The notes below the pieces were generated by a model. That model had not been told where the DNA came from, did no database searches, and saw nothing but the letters and a program-made list of their open reading frames with translations. A DNA stretch of 19,647 nt from Thermofilaceae archaeon (GTDB lineage: Archaea > Thermoproteota > Thermoprotei > Thermofilales > Thermofilaceae). The first letter of the stretch is position 1; each line of letters opens with the position of its first letter. The stretch is taken from the NCBI GenBank assembly GCA_038727095.1, contig JAVYWK010000031.1, forward strand, positions 1 through 19,647. Reading direction: 5' to 3'. Positions 14,875 through 19,647 of this stretch are shown here, in pieces. Both the position numbers and the translations under genes were made by a program.

Positions 14875-16356
14875 ATGAAGAGCCCTGTTTTTGGGGTGAC
14901 GATGATACTGGATGAGCGCAAGCACGTCTACCCGCACTACTACGATAAGTGCCTCGAGATGGTCCACCACTGGAAGTCGTTCATCGAGTCGATCAAGTTC
15001 CAGGATGGAACATCACCTAAGGCTGTGGCCTCATCCGAGCTCATCACTTCGGTCGATTCCGCCAGAAGGGTTGGCGAAGAGTTCCTGGAGAAGAAAGTCC
15101 GCGCGGCGATCCTCAACTTCCACGTGTGGAACTTCCCCTACCTCGTCTGGCCCTTCATCAACACCGTGGGTAAGGATAAGCCGATCCTCTGCCTCTCAAA
15201 CAACGAGGGCGCTTACCCCGGTAACGTCGGACTGCTGGCCACAAGCGGCGCGCTGAGGCAGGCCGGCTTGACGGTCCACAGGATCATCGGCGACCCCGGG
15301 GACCCGAAGGTGAAGGATAAGGTGAGGAAGTGGGTGATGGCTGCCACCGCCGCGGTCAACCTGAGGAACGAAGTGTACGGAATGTACGGTGGCCACTCGA
15401 TGGGGATGGAGACCGGGTACTTCCACCTCGTCCCCATCCAGCGGTACTTCGGCACGACGGTCTACCAGATTGATCAGCTTTTGATCGTCGAGAAGATGAG
15501 GGAGATCCCTGACGAGGAGGTTGAGAAGGGGGTTAAGTGGCTGGAGGAGAACGTGGGGAGGATCGAGTACGATGGGAAAATGCTCACGAGGGAGACTTTG
15601 GCAAAGCAGGTGAGGCTCTACCTGGCGGTCAAAAGGCTCAACGAGGAGTACAGCTTCGACTTCTGCGGGATTAAGGGTCAGAGGGAGCTTTCGGAGCACG
15701 TCGTGATCCCCGATGTAGCAGAGATGCTCCTCAACGACCCGTACGACTGGAACGGCCCTAAAGAGCCAACCGTCTGCGCGACGGAGGCAGACTCTCTTGG
15801 CGCCTTGACCATGCAGGTTCTGAAGTACGTCAGCGGCGGGCTGCCCGTGCTCTTCATGGACGTTAGGCTCTACCACCCCGACCTCGGCATCTGGGACTTC
15901 TGCAACTCCGGCGTGCACGCGAGCTGGTACGCAGCCAGGAGCTACAACCCGAGGGAGAACCTGAGGAAGGTGACGCTGTACCCGGCTCTCGAGCTCTACT
16001 TCAAGGCTGGGGGCGCCTCCGTCTCCTTCGACGCTGCACCAGGCGAGCTCACTTTCGCGCGGCTCGGCCTCTACAAGGATCAACTGTACATGGTGATTGT
16101 GAAGGGTGAAGCCGTCGAGCTAGACGAGGAGACTAGGAGGAGGATAAACGCGCAGACGAACCCAACATGGCCCCACGTTCACGCCAGGTTGAACTGCTCC
16201 TACGAGGAGTTCATCGAGTTCTTCCCCGCTAACCACATCCACGCTGTAGCGGGCGATAGAGTCGAAGAGCTCCTGCTATTCTGCGAGCTCACAGGGGTAA
16301 AACCCATCCTGCTGGGAACAGGAAGGTACAGATCGTTCCACGAAGCTTTTCAGTAA
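14875..16356 (+). CDS. L-fucose/D-arabinose isomerase family protein (FucI-like)
   Basis: PGNVGLLA..GAL, GGHSMGM, GQRELSEH, PDVAEMLLNDPYDWNGPKEP..CATEADS, FMDVR, NSG, GELTFARL, TNPTWP and ANH. ATG 14875 follows GAGGGA; the ORF-track extension to 14785 lies in AT-rich intergenic DNA. Confidence 0.88.
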   Translation: MKSPVFGVTMILDERKHVYPHYYDKCLEMVHHWKSFIESIKFQDGTSPKAVASSELITSVDSARRVGEEFLEKKVRAAILNFHVWNFPYLVWPFINTVGKDKPILCLSNNEGAYPGNVGLLATSGALRQAGLTVHRIIGDPGDPKVKDKVRKWVMAATAAVNLRNEVYGMYGGHSMGMETGYFHLVPIQRYFGTTVYQIDQLLIVEKMREIPDEEVEKGVKWLEENVGRIEYDGKMLTRETLAKQVRLYLAVKRLNEEYSFDFCGIKGQRELSEHVVIPDVAEMLLNDPYDWNGPKEPTVCATEADSLGALTMQVLKYVSGGLPVLFMDVRLYHPDLGIWDFCNSGVHASWYAARSYNPRENLRKVTLYPALELYFKAGGASVSFDAAPGELTFARLGLYKDQLYMVIVKGEAVELDEETRRRINAQTNPTWPHVHARLNCSYEEFIEFFPANHIHAVAGDRVEELLLFCELTGVKPILLGTGRYRSFHEAFQ

Positions 16357-16387
16357 GCATCCCGAACTCAGGGGATAATTTTTTGGT

Positions 16388-16936
16388 TTAAGCCTGCCCA
16401 GCAGAGCTACTCTGCCCCCCTGTAGCTAGTAGGGCCTGCGCAGCTCTCACGGGTGGACTCTTCTCGAGAGGTTTCATCAGGATTGCTGCTAGAGCTACCG
16501 AGACTGCGGTTTGGCCGAAGATATCGCGTGCGAGGGAGACGAGGGCTGGGGCTAGGCCTTTCACGAAGACGTTTACCGCGAAGTACGTGAAGCTCATGAT
16601 GAGACCACCCACTAGCATGGCGGCCAGCTGAACCGGGAACTTCTTACCCTTCCCTAGCCCAGCGACGTATCCTTGAAGCCCGTGCGCCAATAGCGTAACG
16701 TACCAGCGCGGGTAGCCGATGAGGAGGTCGGCGATCACGGGGCCTATGAGCCCCACGGTCGCCCCCATCGCCGGCCCGAACAGGAGAGCGGCGAGGTAGA
16801 TGACGGTATCACCGATGTGCGTGTAACCGCCGGTCGGTGAGGGGAGAGCCAGGCCCGGGAAGTAGGTTAGAACGGCTGTCAATGCGGATAGCATGGATGC
16901 GACAGCCGCGAAAGCGGCGCTCCTTCTGGGCGCCAC
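16388..16936 (-). CDS. ECF transporter S-component (substrate unknown)
   Basis: N-terminal AxxxA helix, PSPTGGYTHIGD..IYLAALLFGP..GA.VG.IG..IADLL.GY and HGLQG; about 6 TM segments. Confidence 0.9.
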   Translation of the reverse strand: MAPRRSAAFAAVASMLSALTAVLTYFPGLALPSPTGGYTHIGDTVIYLAALLFGPAMGATVGLIGPVIADLLIGYPRWYVTLLAHGLQGYVAGLGKGKKFPVQLAAMLVGGLIMSFTYFAVNVFVKGLAPALVSLARDIFGQTAVSVALAAILMKPLEKSPPVRAAQALLATGGQSSSAGQA

Positions 16937-16956
16937 AGGGGCTCACTCCATCCAGA

Positions 16957-16970
16957 TTTTAAACCGTTTT
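16957..16970 (-). promoter_or_regulatory. TATA box (TTTAAAA) of the ECF S-component gene
   Basis: The - strand reads GAAAACGG-TTTAAAA, with the box at -27..-21 of GTG 16936. Confidence 0.55.
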
Positions 16971-17226
16971 CTGAACCCCCAAAGCCGGTTTGCCCCTCGC
17001 GAAACGCTTGGTGCAGCCATCCCTGCCGCGCCGGTACGCGCATTGAACGGTAAACGCCGCTTCGGCTGGAGTTTAGCATGGGTCCTTTCAGAGTGAATAA
17101 CGGCAAATGCTGTGCTCAGGGTTTTGAACGCACATGAAGGCTCTAGCGAGCAGTCCTAACCGACTTCTAAACTTCTTGCAGCTTTTACCTAACGAAAAAT
17201 AAGATTTATAGCCAGAATATTGCTTT

Positions 17227-17870
17227 GTGGAGATCCTCCATCAGGCAGCGAAGGCAGGCGACGTTGACCACGTGAGAACCCTCCTCGAGCGCGGATGGAG
17301 CGTGAACGCGAGGGATTTGAAGGGATGGACGCCGCTGCACTACGCAGCAGTCTTTGGACACGTAGAGGTTGCGGAGCTCCTCATCAAGTACGGGGCTGAT
17401 GTCAACGCTAGGGATCGAAAAGGGCTTACGCCTTTGTACTACGCGGTCAAGGAAGGGAATTTCAATGTTGCTGAGCTTCTCCTCCAGCAGGGCGCGGACC
17501 CCAGAGTCAAGGATAAGAGGGGGTGGACTCCGATCCATTACGGCGCGAAGAAGGCAAAGCTGCGGGTCGATCAGATTCTCGCGGGGGTGCCGCCCCCGCT
17601 GAGGATCGTCAGACTGCTGCTGGAGAGTGGTTCTGACCCTAACGCTCAAACGCGCGAGGGGCTCACGCCGCTGCACATCGCGGTCCGCCGCAGCAATGTC
17701 GCATTGGCTAAGCTGCTCCTCGATGCTGGTGCTAGCCCGAACATGCCCGACAAGAAGGGTTGGACGCCTCTGCACTACGCTTACCGCTACGGTGACGAGG
17801 AGCTCATCGAGCTGCTACTGAAATACGGTGCCAACACGGGTGTAAGGGACAAGAAGGGTAGGACTCCGCC
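17227..17870 (+). repeat. Six ankyrin repeats (protein level) plus a partial seventh
   Basis: ILHQAA, GWTPLHYAA, GLTPLYYAV, GWTPIHYGA, GLTPLHIAV, GWTPLHYAY and GRTP at about 33-aa spacing; the fourth repeat carries a ~13-aa insertion. Confidence 0.9.
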
Positions 17871-19464
17871 GATGCTGCGTAACACCCGCACCATCCTTAG
17901 GCGCGGGGCCAAGCCGATGAGTTTGAGCGGGATCCTCGCCAGGGAGGCGACGTACAGATCCAGGAAGGAAAGGGGGGAAATCCCAATCCGGGGTATCGAC
18001 CTCTTTGCTCTGGCCTGGACGGTATTCCTGATACTCTTCTCCCTCTTATTTGGGGTCATTTTCGCCTACTTCATCTATGACGGTTACTTGGAGTTGATCA
18101 CCTCCACCTTTTTCCTTTTCACGCTATCCATGCTGCCCGGGCTCGCGCAAATGGCTCTGAACACGCACGTGATCATCGCCGACAAGCTGATAGATCCGCT
18201 ACTCCACCTACCCGTCAGTTGGGGGAACCTCCGTTGGGCACTGGTCAAGCAGGCCTTCATATGGGGAGGCTTCTCGCCCCTTTTCGCCTTCATCCCAGCG
18301 GCAATCGTGTACTTGGCCGTTCGAAAGAGCCTCGCTGTACCCCTAGGGCTTGCGCTAACCGGGATCTTTGCGACACTCTTGGCGGTTTCGCTAGGATACT
18401 TGATCGGCTCTTACGTAAGCAAGTACACGAGGAGCCTGCTAAGGAGGATCGTATCTACTGTGGTATGGGTCCTGATCCTGGGGTCAGGCCGCATCCTCGA
18501 CCTGTTGAATAACTTATTTGTTAAAGCTGTTTTGCCACTTGATAGCGCCCTGATGAGCATGATTCCTCCCTTCTGCTTCCTACATGTGACGCGTAACGCG
18601 CTTTCACTCACCGTGTCCGTCGCATTGCTCGCTGCATCCGTGTGGCTGACCCGCTTCTCCGTGCGCAGGTTCGTGAGGGCGGCGACAGTGGCAGAGATCT
18701 ACGCGCCCCCGCCCGCTCTCTCGTGGAGGGTAAGCGCGAGGGCTCTGATGCCCACGCTTAAGGAGTTGAAGATGGTTGCTAGAGCACCGAGGATGATGGC
18801 ATTGATCATCACCCAAGCCTTGCTACCCTCGCTACTCCTGATTTACTGGATTCTGACCGCGCTGAGACAAATGCTCACCTGGTGGTTCGAACCCTCTCTA
18901 TCAAACGCCGCCACAATGGTGATCATGATGATGTTGGTATCGATAGGGATCTTTCAGGCTCTCCAGGGCGTCTACATCATGTTCGTCGCCGAGGCGGCGA
19001 ACGCTAGGACGCTATACCTGCTCCCGTTGACGAGGTTGAACGTTGCGCTATCGAAATCCCTCGCCCTACTACTCATGTGCCTCCCGTTCATCGTAGCAGC
19101 CTCAGCGGTTGCCGCGATATTCCTGAACGCTTCAGCGGGGTTGGTTTACGCGGCGGCCACAGTCGGCTCAGTATTGCTGGGCGGCTTGATCCTCGCAATG
19201 TGGGCTCCGCGGGAGCCCTCAGACTGGAGCCGAGAGACCTACAGCCAACTCAAACTCATCGTGGCGTGGCTCGCTCTGCTTACCCCTCTCATAGTTTTGT
19301 TATCGCTTCCCCTGCTACCCCTGCTGCTCCCGATGTATCCCAAGCTGTGCGAGATCGTGCAGTTCCTCTTTGACCATGGACACTTCTTCCTGCTAGCCTA
19401 CCTTGTAGCGCTGTACGTGAGTGGCACGCTAGTGGCGGTGCTGATAAGCAGAGACCCAGTGTAG
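17227..19464 (+). CDS. Ankyrin-repeat domain fused to a polytopic ABC-2-type permease-like domain
   Basis: Six ANK repeats (G.TPLH.A...G..E...LL..GA..N..D) in about aa 1-215. These are followed by about 515 aa with many TM helices and duplicated LLHLPVS / LYLLPLT motifs typical of ABC exporter permeases. Confidence 0.75.
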   Translation: MEILHQAAKAGDVDHVRTLLERGWSVNARDLKGWTPLHYAAVFGHVEVAELLIKYGADVNARDRKGLTPLYYAVKEGNFNVAELLLQQGADPRVKDKRGWTPIHYGAKKAKLRVDQILAGVPPPLRIVRLLLESGSDPNAQTREGLTPLHIAVRRSNVALAKLLLDAGASPNMPDKKGWTPLHYAYRYGDEELIELLLKYGANTGVRDKKGRTPPMLRNTRTILRRGAKPMSLSGILAREATYRSRKERGEIPIRGIDLFALAWTVFLILFSLLFGVIFAYFIYDGYLELITSTFFLFTLSMLPGLAQMALNTHVIIADKLIDPLLHLPVSWGNLRWALVKQAFIWGGFSPLFAFIPAAIVYLAVRKSLAVPLGLALTGIFATLLAVSLGYLIGSYVSKYTRSLLRRIVSTVVWVLILGSGRILDLLNNLFVKAVLPLDSALMSMIPPFCFLHVTRNALSLTVSVALLAASVWLTRFSVRRFVRAATVAEIYAPPPALSWRVSARALMPTLKELKMVARAPRMMALIITQALLPSLLLIYWILTALRQMLTWWFEPSLSNAATMVIMMMLVSIGIFQALQGVYIMFVAEAANARTLYLLPLTRLNVALSKSLALLLMCLPFIVAASAVAAIFLNASAGLVYAAATVGSVLLGGLILAMWAPREPSDWSRETYSQLKLIVAWLALLTPLIVLLSLPLLPLLLPMYPKLCEIVQFLFDHGHFFLLAYLVALYVSGTLVAVLISRDPV

Positions 19465-19559
19465 ATGTTGAGCTGCTCGCGCCTTGGATCTAGGGCTTTC
19501 GAATCAGCAGCGTTTCTGGGCCGAAAGCCTTAATCCTGAGAAGTATTTACGGATCCATA

Positions 19560-19647
19560 ATGTCGTCAAGTGAAATCGAGGCAAGGTACTCTCAGCTTGT
19601 GCAGTGGTACAGCCAACATTCGCTTACTCCAAGAAGGGATGTTGAGC
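19560..19647 (+). CDS. 5' end of an unknown gene (MSSSEIEARYSQLVQWYSQHSLTPRRDVE...)
   Basis: The frame from ATG 19560 is open to the window edge. CCGAAAG-C-CTTAAT (BRE/TATA-like) sits about 26-39 nt upstream. Confidence 0.55.
   Translation, partial: MSSSEIEARYSQLVQWYSQHSLTPRRDVE

Noticed and set aside
16937-17226. Possible tRNA, C/D-box sRNA or riboswitch upstream of the ECF S-component
   Set aside because: No cloverleaf, box C/D pair or known aptamer motif was seen by eye, and the TATA position implies a leaderless transcript.
19464-19647. 10-bp direct repeat GATGTTGAGC at 19464 and at the window end
   Set aside because: It is too short, the second copy is truncated by the window edge and lies in a probable CDS, and there is no sign of a CRISPR array or att site.

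Overview
This GC-rich window is most consistent with a thermophilic archaeon (Thermoproteota, Thermofilum-like). That is inferred from an archaeal-type asparagine synthetase, TATA-like boxes about 25 nt before leaderless starts, and heavy AGG-Arg usage. From left to right it holds: an AsnRS2-type asparagine synthetase; nickel-pincer cofactor genes larC/larB/larE with no larA; a DUF554 membrane protein; and an AT-rich, decaying island (nitroreductase, DUF169 and thioredoxin-like fragments around an intact DGC-domain gene). A large sugar-salvage cluster follows: AmiE-like serine hydrolase, MurK-like kinase, MurQ etherase, NamZ exo-muramidase, PIG-L deacetylase, tandem GNAT, a DUF6785/OPT-like membrane protein and an L-fucose-isomerase-like gene. 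The window ends with an ECF S-component and an ankyrin-repeat/permease fusion. The stand-out signal is a near-complete bacterial peptidoglycan (MurNAc) salvage pathway in what looks like an archaeon, with a candidate novel muropeptide importer. All family calls are by motif recognition; no database searches were run.
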